Assembly (NCBI GenBank): GCA_031255715.1
Contig: JAIRRZ010000030.1
Location: 349 to 64,348 of the forward strand
Length of the DNA: 64,000 bases
From: Puniceicoccales bacterium
GTDB lineage: Bacteria; Verrucomicrobiota; Verrucomicrobiia; Opitutales; LL51
Direction of reading: 5' to 3'
Shown: in pieces, positions 27,721 to 35,409 of the stretch
Layout: each line of letters opens with the position of its first letter
How positions within the stretch are numbered: position 1 is the stretch's first letter
Translations under genes and position numbers: made by a program
The notes under the pieces: model-generated
The model's input: only the letters and a program-made list of their open reading frames with translations
Database searches by the model: none
What the model was told of the DNA's origin: nothing

Positions 27721-27970
27721 AAGGAATTCTTTCGTCTCCCTTGCCAGGAAGCCCAGTCTCCTGGACCTGGATTGCAATCCCGAGTACAGATATCGTCCCT
27801 GGTGACAGCCGATTGGAATTCAAAGGGCCCCCGCCCGCGGCTTCGCCGCGGGCGGGCAATTTATTGATCACACGGTCAAACCCCGTGCAATTTTCGCAGG
27901 GTTTGGCCACCGAGTAAGGGCAAAAGTCCGTAACGCTTCGCGAGAATTCAGAAAGCGAAACCCACTGGAA
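27721..27970. other. GC-rich, highly structured intergenic element A (candidate ncRNA or REP/MITE-like element)
   Basis: It contains the 28-nt GC-only hairpin ccccgcccgcggcttcgccgcgggcggg (27829-27856), identical to 35269-35296. Other stems are ccag-gaga-ctgg (read on the minus strand), a 10-bp stem ggtcaaaccc/gggtttggcc, and ttcgc/gcgaa. ggaattc-type cores recur four times. The listed ORF 27686-27910 is judged spurious. Confidence 0.5.
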
Positions 27971-27984
27971 TTGCTTAAATTAAC

Positions 27985-29016
27985 TTACCCTATCTTGCCG
28001 TTGGCTAAATTAATTTTTTCACGACAAATCCGCGTAGCCTCTTGGCCAGCGATCGATGTCGCTATCTTCATCGCACTGCGTATGGCGCGGTGCGTGCTGG
28101 ATCCATGGGATTTCAATACCACACCATTTAATCCTAATAAACTTGCTGCACCATAGGTTTCTGGATTTAGGTGCCCTTTTAAAGCTTTAAAAACACCGTT
28201 CGATAGTATAGCTCCAAGCATTCTTATTGGGCTTTTCATGAATTCCTGCTTTAAATATCTCTTCAATTGCATGATCAACGATTCCAATGTTTTTAATAAA
28301 ATATTTCCAACGAAACCATCGCAAACTACCACATCCACGCCGCTACCAAAAATTTGAAATCCTTCGATTAACCCCACGTAATCCACCAAATTGCCCATCT
28401 TTTTCAAATTTTCATGCGCCGTGAGTGTCGCCTCATTGCCCTTACCCTCCTCCGTTCCAATGGTCAATAAACCTACTCTTGGCTTTTCAATTCCTAAAAC
28501 GCGCGAACAGTAATCAGCTCCCAAAATCGCATTATGCATCATCTGTAGCGGCGTCGTATTTGGATTTGCGCCCACATCGAGCAGGACAATATACCGATTA
28601 AATGTTGGAATGACCGTCGCCAATGCGGGGCGTTCCACCCCTTCCATTGGACGCAACTTCAGCGTACTTCCCACCATTAGACTCCCCGTATTACCACAAC
28701 TCAGCATGGCATCGGCTTTACCAAGCTGTACGAGTTCGATTGCCCGAACAACGGAAGCATCCCTTTTTATCCGAAATGCCTGGAGTGGTTTTTCTTCCAT
28801 CGCGATTACTTCGGAAGCATGTATAATTTCAATGCGCGAGCGATCAAAACTTTTTTGACCCTCGAGATGGCTTTGAATCACATCCCAATCACCCACTAAA
28901 ATTACACGGCAATCCTCCCGATCTCCCAGAGCATTAACAACTCCTTTGATAATCTCGCTCGGACCCAAATCGGCCCCCATGACATCAACGGCAATAACAC
29001 GTGACGAAGCATCCAT
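27985..29016 (-). CDS. plsX: Phosphate acyltransferase PlsX
   Basis: 343 aa with IAVDVMGADLGP, CGNTGSLM, VVCDGFVGNILLK and LLGLNGVVLKSHGSS. It lies downstream of rpmF, as in most bacteria. Confidence 0.93.
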   Translation of the reverse strand: MDASSRVIAVDVMGADLGPSEIIKGVVNALGDREDCRVILVGDWDVIQSHLEGQKSFDRSRIEIIHASEVIAMEEKPLQAFRIKRDASVVRAIELVQLGKADAMLSCGNTGSLMVGSTLKLRPMEGVERPALATVIPTFNRYIVLLDVGANPNTTPLQMMHNAILGADYCSRVLGIEKPRVGLLTIGTEEGKGNEATLTAHENLKKMGNLVDYVGLIEGFQIFGSGVDVVVCDGFVGNILLKTLESLIMQLKRYLKQEFMKSPIRMLGAILSNGVFKALKGHLNPETYGAASLLGLNGVVLKSHGSSTHRAIRSAMKIATSIAGQEATRICREKINLANGKIG

Positions 29017-29028
29017 TAAGGGCGTATT

Positions 29029-29205
29029 TTATTCTTCGAACGCAATGACTTGACGGCCACGATAGATTCCCGTAGAAGGATCAACATGATGCATCATAAA
29101 TAATGAGCCATCGGTACTCTTAGAGAACTGGGGGGCGACGAAGCGATTAGCTCCTCGCCGTTTGCGGCTTCTCTGCTTTGACTGTTTTCTTTTCGGCTGT
29201 GCCAT
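29029..29205 (-). CDS. rpmF: 50S ribosomal protein L32 (58 aa, below ORF-track cutoff)
   Basis: Manual translation gives MAQPKRKQSKQRSRKRRGANRFVAPQFSKSTDGSLFMMHHVDPSTGIYRGRQVIAFEE. The AVPKRK-type N-terminus and the position upstream of plsX fit L32. Confidence 0.85.
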   Translation of the reverse strand: MAQPKRKQSKQRSRKRRGANRFVAPQFSKSTDGSLFMMHHVDPSTGIYRGRQVIAFEE

Positions 29206-29639
29206 TTTAAATAAAAAACTTACGTTTATAAAAGACGAAAAACCCCCATCGTCAAGTTTTAAAAAAATTTATTATCAAATAAGAATCCTAGTTTCGAAAA
29301 ACAACAACTTGTTGTTGCTACTTCAAGATTTTACATGTACGTGTTTAGTACTCTATACTGAGTACGGTTAAAATATTAATATCTTATGAGTATGGGATCA
29401 GAGGGCATAGAATGAAAATGCGCAGCGAAAATCAATCATTCAACAAGCCCTCAAACGACACCAAGGTTAAATAGCATAAGGAGGAACAAGCAATACGTTA
29501 AGACCAAAGCATTTCTTCACTAATAATATAACTATAGTATGTGTAAAACTTCATTTTATAGTTTATCTATTAAATTGCTCACAAAATGAAGAAACTTTCT
29601 TGATAAATATTTATTTTTACTTACAGATATTTAAACATT

Positions 29640-30857
29640 GTGGCTAAGAATCGATTTTTTTATAAAAAGAAATTACCAATTGCTTCGATCGTTTGGGGAA
29701 CTTTGCTATCAAGCTTAAGTGCGGCAGCTCCTGAGAATAATTCATTGTCTCTTTCAGTTCATTTAGAAAATAGTCTTCTGGCAGGTTTCGATATTTTCAT
29801 GGCAAAAAAGAGATTTTTTGACAATGCTTTTCGCCCTACTCTTCACAAACTATTGCCACCAGAGTCACCAGAAACATCTTATGCAGTACAGCTTGAGGAA
29901 AAGCTCGGCGAAGGACGATATGGCAAAGTCTATAAAGCTTCTTTTGCGAATGAAGATGTAGCCGTAAAACAGTTTTCAAGTGAAGAATTCGCTAAACAGG
30001 AATTTGATAAAGCCAAAGAACTTTTCGAGTGTATACGCGAAAATGTAGATCAAATTTCAAAATCAACGCGAAAAAAAATAAAGCACATCGTATTGCCCTA
30101 TTGGCAAACTGACGATGGTAGTCTTATTCAAAGATTGATAATAGGCAACGACCTTTACCATACGATTACACAGGGACTACATCCCTACCCCAATGGGCAA
30201 CCCGACGATCTCGGGAACGCCATATTACGTGCAATTTTTTTCTTCACGATACTTGCAATTATCCACAGATTGGGTATTGTTATTGGAGATCTAAACCCCG
30301 GAAACCTCATTCTGAGCGATAATCCTTCTATAAATTATCCCATTTACTTCATTGATTTTGCTCTGGCGCAACAAATAGGAAAGTATCTCGCGCGTATCTT
30401 TCTCACTCAGAGAGAGTCTCTGCCCTGCGAATATCAAGAGGCAAGTCAAGAATTTTTGACGTATCAAGAACAACTTAGAAGAATAGATCATGAGCTTTTA
30501 CCCATCCAACAACAACTGCAAAATCCACAAATAACAGCACCCATAAAACAAGAACTTGAACCTAGGCAAACAACACTCCAGCTTGAGAGACAAGCAATAT
30601 TGACTCAACTGCAATCGATTTCCTATCCTAAGGCGCATCCCGCTTTTGATATATATCGATCCATTTATGTTCTCAAGTTTCTACTGTTTGGAAAATTTAA
30701 TTTAAGCATATATGAACCATCTGTTCGGGAAGAGATTGAAGAAATCTTTCAAGGAATGGCAAATCCCGATCCCCTACAACGCCTTTCTGCGACAGACATC
30801 AACCTAAAATTAACGTTCATTTATTGTAAACATTTCTCCAAACCCGAAACAGATTGA
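29640..30857 (+). CDS. Eukaryotic-like Ser/Thr protein kinase domain protein with N-terminal signal peptide
   Basis: GTG start. Signal-like N-terminus LPIASIVWGTLLSSLSAAAP. Glycine loop and VAIK region LGEGRYGKVYKASFANEDVAVKQF. Catalytic loop IVIGDLNPGNLIL (HRD replaced by IGD) and DFG-like FIDFALA. A Q-rich insertion of about 90 aa precedes the FDIYRSIYVLKFLLFG region. Confidence 0.75.
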   Translation: MAKNRFFYKKKLPIASIVWGTLLSSLSAAAPENNSLSLSVHLENSLLAGFDIFMAKKRFFDNAFRPTLHKLLPPESPETSYAVQLEEKLGEGRYGKVYKASFANEDVAVKQFSSEEFAKQEFDKAKELFECIRENVDQISKSTRKKIKHIVLPYWQTDDGSLIQRLIIGNDLYHTITQGLHPYPNGQPDDLGNAILRAIFFFTILAIIHRLGIVIGDLNPGNLILSDNPSINYPIYFIDFALAQQIGKYLARIFLTQRESLPCEYQEASQEFLTYQEQLRRIDHELLPIQQQLQNPQITAPIKQELEPRQTTLQLERQAILTQLQSISYPKAHPAFDIYRSIYVLKFLLFGKFNLSIYEPSVREEIEEIFQGMANPDPLQRLSATDINLKLTFIYCKHFSKPETD

Positions 30858-30961
30858 AGAAATCTTTCAAGGAATGGCAAATCCCGATCCCCTACAACGC
30901 CTTTCTGCGACAGACATCAACCATAAAATTAATGCTCATTTATTTTAAATATTTCTCCAAA
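30733..30961 (+). repeat. Tandem duplication (118-nt period) of the 3' end of the kinase gene
   Basis: Copy 1 is 30733-30850 and copy 2 is 30851-30961. Both read agattgaagaaatctttcaaggaatggcaaatcccgatcccctacaacgcctttctgcgacagacatcaacc..., with a 1-nt indel (caacc-taaaatt versus caaccataaaatt) and a few substitutions. Confidence 0.95.
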
Positions 30962-31180
30962 TGTGAAATATCTTGTTAAATGAGCATTGAATTTGTATTC
31001 AGATAAACGGCTGCAATTTTTAACATTTGCCATTGCACCTATTATTTTTTGTGCATTAGGGAAAGATACCAGAAGTAGATGACGTAAGAATAAGCAACAT
31101 GCCTAGGCATTTAGGCTTTAGCATTCTCTATAAATTTGCCAATGTTTTACTCCTCTCTGCGGTAGCCCCTAAGCATTGAT

Positions 31181-32005
31181 TTATGCCTTGATAAGAAAAA
31201 AAACTTTGTGTTTTTCCTGATTTTTTAAGTCCCCATTACCGTCATAGCTTTCTAAATTTTCCTTTTCCTGGACTGCCGCAGCCCATTGCTTTTTATCGAC
31301 ATCAAGGTGTGCCCAAATCGTTGCTTTGTCACACGCCTCTTTATAAAATTCATTCACTGAATCCCCATGAAATATTTCGCCATCTTTAGTACAAATATCG
31401 TAGCCACGATTCTTTTCAGAGGTAGAAAAGATTATATCACATTTCAAAGCACATGCAATGCGGGACGACATAGCCATATCCGGCAATTCACTGCCATCAA
31501 ACATGGACATAATTTCCTGAGATAGTTGCCCCCAACCCATCTCCGAAGCACATTGCATAATAAGGCGCTGAAGATCTCTGAGCTCATACATAGAAATGAA
31601 CCTATCGTCCGGCATAAGTCCGCGCAATATAACCCATAGGAGGCTATTGTTACCAAAAGGAACATCGTAGAGCACGCGATCAATTTTTCTCATAGACTTT
31701 GGTGTACGCATTGCCTTCGACCGTATGGCACGCATATGCCGACCGGGAAGTCGTTGCTCTTCAGTTTCGCCGACATTTTCTTCTTCCCTGAATTTTTGAG
31801 GCATATCCTGCGAAGCACCTCGTGGAGCATCTTGAGATACAGCTGTAGGCAATGCATTGTGCTGCACCACAAATTCTGTGGTATTGCTCTTTTGATGTAG
31901 TTCAATAATCTGCAATGACAATACGCACATGGCAAACACCATTAATGAAATGGCAATTAGCCAAAACCAAATACTTTCTTTATTTTTTTCCATTTCTATT
32001 TCCAT
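31181..32005 (-). CDS. Hypothetical membrane-anchored protein (single N-terminal TM)
   Basis: 274 aa with TM segment IWFWLIAISLMVFAMCVLSLQII, a polar linker and a globular C-terminal domain of about 170 aa. A faint OTU-like pattern (VPFGNNSLLWVILRGL ... IWAHLD) is present but not convincing. Confidence 0.5.
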   Translation of the reverse strand: MEIEMEKNKESIWFWLIAISLMVFAMCVLSLQIIELHQKSNTTEFVVQHNALPTAVSQDAPRGASQDMPQKFREEENVGETEEQRLPGRHMRAIRSKAMRTPKSMRKIDRVLYDVPFGNNSLLWVILRGLMPDDRFISMYELRDLQRLIMQCASEMGWGQLSQEIMSMFDGSELPDMAMSSRIACALKCDIIFSTSEKNRGYDICTKDGEIFHGDSVNEFYKEACDKATIWAHLDVDKKQWAAAVQEKENLESYDGNGDLKNQEKHKVFFLIKA

Positions 32006-32341
32006 CGTACTATAATGTTGAATCGATTTTTTTCAAGAAAAACATTCCAAAGATATCAAAACAAAAACAACTATTTTACGAAAAACATATGTAACATAAA
32101 ACATTCACTATCGCTTCATCGGTAAGGAAACAGCAATTTAAACACCATTTAATGGAAAAATTTAATCATTGGACATCAACTACAATCAATGATTTTCAGA
32201 TAAACAGTAATTCGATAAAAGGTTAATAGATGGATAAATTTTTTCATCGACAAAAATTAAATAACGGAATAAGCGAGTTTCGAGCCAATGATTTTGTTTT
32301 TACCTTGCAATTTTTTCAATTCTATTAGTCATTAACTTCAT

Positions 32342-32947
32342 ATGAAGCAATTGCAACTTTCATTTGCAAGCCGTACGGAAAAAGGCCGACATCCGGCATT
32401 GAGATTGCGGAAGACAGGGCGCGTTCCATCTGTCATTTACGGCAAATCGGGGTCTTTTCCGGTGAGCATCGATGATGTGGAATTCCGTATGTTGATGCGG
32501 CAAAAGGGTGACGCGGCGGCTACAATTCAACTTTCCAGCAACGAAAAGACAGTCCTCACTATCATTACCGAAGTTCAGCGCAATACGATTACTGATCGTT
32601 TCATGCATGTCGATTTTCAAGAAATTTCGAGTGGCGAGATGTTTACGACGGCCGTTCCGGTACGCGTTAAAGGCGAAGCCTACGGTGTCAAAAATGAAAA
32701 GGCAATGCTAGAAGTTGTGCGTCATAAAGTTTTGGTACGCTGTTTACCGGAGCATCTCATCGAAGCCATTGAAATTGACGTCACCGATCTTCGCGCGGGG
32801 CAAAGCATTCACATTAAAGATTTACCTCAATTTGAAGGCATTGAGTATGTCGGCGATCCGAAGGGCATTGTTGTTGCCTGCGTTGGTGAAGAAGCGGAAG
32901 AAGGTACGAAAGAAAATGAGGCACCAACCACTTTAAATAAGAAATAG
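32342..32947 (+). CDS. rplY: 50S ribosomal protein L25 / general stress protein Ctc
   Basis: 201 aa with RLRKTGRVPSVIYGK and HVDFQEI, plus a two-domain Ctc-length form with an acidic tail. It lies upstream of pth, the conserved arrangement. Confidence 0.85.
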   Translation: MKQLQLSFASRTEKGRHPALRLRKTGRVPSVIYGKSGSFPVSIDDVEFRMLMRQKGDAAATIQLSSNEKTVLTIITEVQRNTITDRFMHVDFQEISSGEMFTTAVPVRVKGEAYGVKNEKAMLEVVRHKVLVRCLPEHLIEAIEIDVTDLRAGQSIHIKDLPQFEGIEYVGDPKGIVVACVGEEAEEGTKENEAPTTLNKK

Positions 32948-33122
32948 TAATCCGGCCATTCATCGATAAGAATCGCAATCTATTATAGTCTTCAGCAGTT
33001 GGTTCTTTATTTTCCGATCTAATTCTGAGTAAAAGTTAGTTACAGCAGAGGGTTAAAACACGTTCCAGGGGATAGTACAAGAGATTGGTTTGGGAATTTT
33101 GAGTTATACTTATTCATAGTTT

Positions 33123-33695
33123 ATGTTTTTCAAAGTCGTTGTCGGCCTAGGTAATCATGGTGTATTGTATGAAAACACACGTCACAACGTTGGTTTTGCA
33201 ACCATTGATTATTTTACAAAGATGCTAGGATATACGATCTGGAAGCATGAAAAGGCAATGTCCGTATTTTTCATCAAAATTCCCCAAATGAATGGCAATT
33301 TGCTATTTATTAAATCCGATGGGTTCATGAATTTAACGGGCGTACCGGTTGCCAAGATTTGTTCATTTTACAAAATTCCTAGCAATGAAGTGGTAGTGAT
33401 CTGCGACGACATTTCATTGGATGTGGGACACATGAAAATTACGGAACGGGTGGGCACCGCTGGACACAATGGTGTTAGAAGTATTTTGGAAAAAATTGGT
33501 CCAGGATTTATTCGTTTTCGCATTGGTATTGGAAAGAAACAACATCCTAAAATGAATTTAGCGGACCATGTTTTGAGTAATTTTTCCACTGAGGAACTCG
33601 AAATTCTGGCTAAAAAGATGCCAAATATCTGCAACAGCTTAAAACTATTGCTTGACAAAGGCGTTTCAAGTGCCATAAATATTATTAATAAGTAA
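33123..33695 (+). CDS. pth: Peptidyl-tRNA hydrolase
   Basis: VVGLGNHGVLYENTRHNVGF, MNLTG, DDISLDVG and GHNGVRS. Confidence 0.92.
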   Translation: MFFKVVVGLGNHGVLYENTRHNVGFATIDYFTKMLGYTIWKHEKAMSVFFIKIPQMNGNLLFIKSDGFMNLTGVPVAKICSFYKIPSNEVVVICDDISLDVGHMKITERVGTAGHNGVRSILEKIGPGFIRFRIGIGKKQHPKMNLADHVLSNFSTEELEILAKKMPNICNSLKLLLDKGVSSAINIINK

Positions 33696-33697
33696 AT

Positions 33698-33988
33698 ATG
33701 TACATAAAATCATATCGAGCAACTATGATTCTTGACACGAGACATCACCAGGATTCCGTAGAGAATTTAATCGCAAATATTAAGGCTAAAATTGCGGAAG
33801 CAGGTGCAACCATCGGCGAAATTATCAACAAAGGGCAGATCAAATTCCAGCGTGCTACGGATCGAAAATTCCCAGCAGGGATTTATTTACAAATTGCTTT
33901 CGAGGGACCAACGACCGCCCCGGAAATGGTTCGTTCAAAATTTAGCCTTGACTCAACGGTTAATCGAATATTCATCGAAAGTAAATAA
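33698..33988 (+). CDS. rpsF: 30S ribosomal protein S6
   Basis: 96 aa with the Y....I.D pattern at the N-terminus, G.IKFQRAT....AGIYL, and the position upstream of ssb. Confidence 0.75.
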   Translation: MYIKSYRATMILDTRHHQDSVENLIANIKAKIAEAGATIGEIINKGQIKFQRATDRKFPAGIYLQIAFEGPTTAPEMVRSKFSLDSTVNRIFIESK

Positions 33989-34446
33989 TGCCTTCTTTTA
34001 ATAAAGTTATTCTACTTGGTAATTTGACTCGCGACCCTGAAATGCGCACGGCGAATAGTGGCTTAACGATTTGTAAGCTAGGAATCGCAACCTCACGGGT
34101 ATCTAAAGGAAATGATGGTGAAAATCGCGAAGAGACTGTTTTTATTGATGTTGATGTTTTTGGCAAACAGGCAGAGATAATTGGGCGCTATTTCACAAAA
34201 GGACGTCCAATTTTTATCGAAGGGCGTCTACGGCTCGATCAATGGGAAACCTCAGCCGGCGAAAAACGAAGTAAATTATGCGTTGTTTTGGAAAATTTTC
34301 AATTCATTAGTAGTTCTCGTTTTGACGATGAAGTTAGCGATGCGAATTTTACAGGATCGAATTCAGCGCCCGCTCCTTTTAAAAAAGATGAAATAGCGGC
34401 TGCGCCATCGCGCAGTAATACCTTTGATGAGGATGTTCCCTTTTAA
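33988..34446 (+). CDS. ssb: Single-stranded DNA-binding protein
   Basis: MPSFNKVILLGNLTRDPEMR (OB fold), FIEGRLRLDQWE and the acidic tail FDEDVPF. Confidence 0.93.
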   Translation: MPSFNKVILLGNLTRDPEMRTANSGLTICKLGIATSRVSKGNDGENREETVFIDVDVFGKQAEIIGRYFTKGRPIFIEGRLRLDQWETSAGEKRSKLCVVLENFQFISSSRFDDEVSDANFTGSNSAPAPFKKDEIAAAPSRSNTFDEDVPF

Positions 34447-34467
34447 TAATAGAAAAATTTAAAAATT

Positions 34468-34929
34468 ATGGCTACTGCAGATATTTTATTGCTTCAAAAG
34501 GTTGATCATCTCGGCTATGAGGGAGATGAGGTAACGGTACGGGCTGGATATGCGAGAAACTATCTTCTACCAAAACGTCTTGCAATCCCAGTTACGCGTT
34601 CGAATCGTAAGCAAATTGACGCCCTACGAATTAGACGTGCAGAACGTGAAGCGAAGGAATTACAAGAGGCAAAAGAACTTGCAGAAAAAATTAGAGTTTT
34701 AATAATTACTTTTTCTGTCAAAACGGGAGAACGAGGTAAGATGTTTGGAGCGGTTACTGCTAACGATTTAGTCCATAAATTCGCAGAACATGGTATTGCT
34801 GTGGATCGTAAAAAAATTCATCTCGATCCTGTAAAGCATATTGGTCAATGTACTGCAAAGATCAAACTACACCGCGAGATTACCATTGACTTTGTATTTG
34901 ATGTTGTTTCGGAAACAGCTACGGTCTAG
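34468..34929 (+). CDS. rplI: 50S ribosomal protein L9
   Basis: ILLLQKVDHLGYEGDEVTVRAGYARNYLLPKRLA, a long connecting helix and a C-terminal domain. Confidence 0.92.
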   Translation: MATADILLLQKVDHLGYEGDEVTVRAGYARNYLLPKRLAIPVTRSNRKQIDALRIRRAEREAKELQEAKELAEKIRVLIITFSVKTGERGKMFGAVTANDLVHKFAEHGIAVDRKKIHLDPVKHIGQCTAKIKLHREITIDFVFDVVSETATV

Positions 34930-35114
34930 TAGATCAGGTTTTTCGAGTGTAACATTGTCTAACATATTGGTCTTTCTTTAGGAATTTGGTTTTAGCTATT
35001 GTCCCAATTTTGGATATGAAAGTGATTGTAATGTATATTGGGTTGAAAGACTCATTAAAGCCATGGAAAAAGCTTGACGAATTTCGGGAAAAATTAACCT
35101 TTTTAAATTAGTCC

Positions 35115-35188
35115 GCGGGTATAGTTTAGCGGTAAAACTTTAGCCTTCCAAGCTAGTGTCGTCGGTTCGATTCCGTCTGCCCGCACCA
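35115..35188 (+). tRNA. tRNA-Gly (anticodon UCC), CCA encoded
   Basis: GCGGGTATAGTTTAGCGGTAAAACTTTAGCCTTCCAAGCTAGTGTCGTCGGTTCGATTCCGTCTGCCCGCACCA, with anticodon loop CUUCCAA. Confidence 0.92.
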
Positions 35189-35254
35189 TTAAAAATTAAA
35201 TCAATTTGCTAAAAATTTTCATCAAGCTCCGCTTTTGAACTTTCACAAGAAATC

Positions 35255-35402
35255 ACAGGCTCCTTAAGCCCCGCCCGCGGCTTCGCCGCGGGCGGGGGTC
35301 TAGGACCCCCGGTCGTCCGGCACCTCGGGCAGCGCCCGATGTACCCCGGACGCAACCCCGGTCCAGGGGATCCCTAAGGGCACGCAACCCTTAGGTTTTT
35401 TT
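35255..35402 (+). other. GC-rich, highly structured element B downstream of tRNA-Gly (candidate small RNA or REP-like element), ending in an intrinsic terminator
   Basis: It contains the same 28-nt hairpin (35269-35296) as element A. A nested hairpin follows: gtccgg..tcgggc-agc-gcccga..ccggac. The motif ccccggtc is repeated. It ends in the terminator cctaaggg-cacgcaa-cccttagg followed by T7. Confidence 0.5.
35373..35402 (+). terminator. Rho-independent terminator
   Basis: An 8-bp GC-rich stem cctaaggg/cccttagg with a 7-nt loop, followed by seven T residues (35396-35402). Confidence 0.8.
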
Positions 35403-35409
35403 AATTATT

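Noticed and set aside
27686..27910. 74-aa minus-strand ORF inside GC-rich element A
   Set aside because: The ORF is created by GC-rich palindromic sequence. Its composition is low-complexity Gly/Pro/Ala, and there is no RBS or coding context.
27721..27970. Element A as SRP RNA, RNase P RNA, 6S RNA or tmRNA
   Set aside because: By eye it lacks several signatures. The SRP domain IV motif (GGAA tetraloop context with AGCA) is missing. It is too short for RNase P despite an 'aaaagtccg' resemblance to GAAAGUCCG. It has no tRNA-like end for tmRNA. I cannot exclude a divergent known RNA without a covariance-model search.
30262..30270. Perfect DnaA-box-like TTATCCACA
   Set aside because: It is a single copy inside the kinase coding sequence, with no cluster of boxes, AT-rich unwinding element or dnaA/dnaN nearby. 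Chance occurrence is likely.
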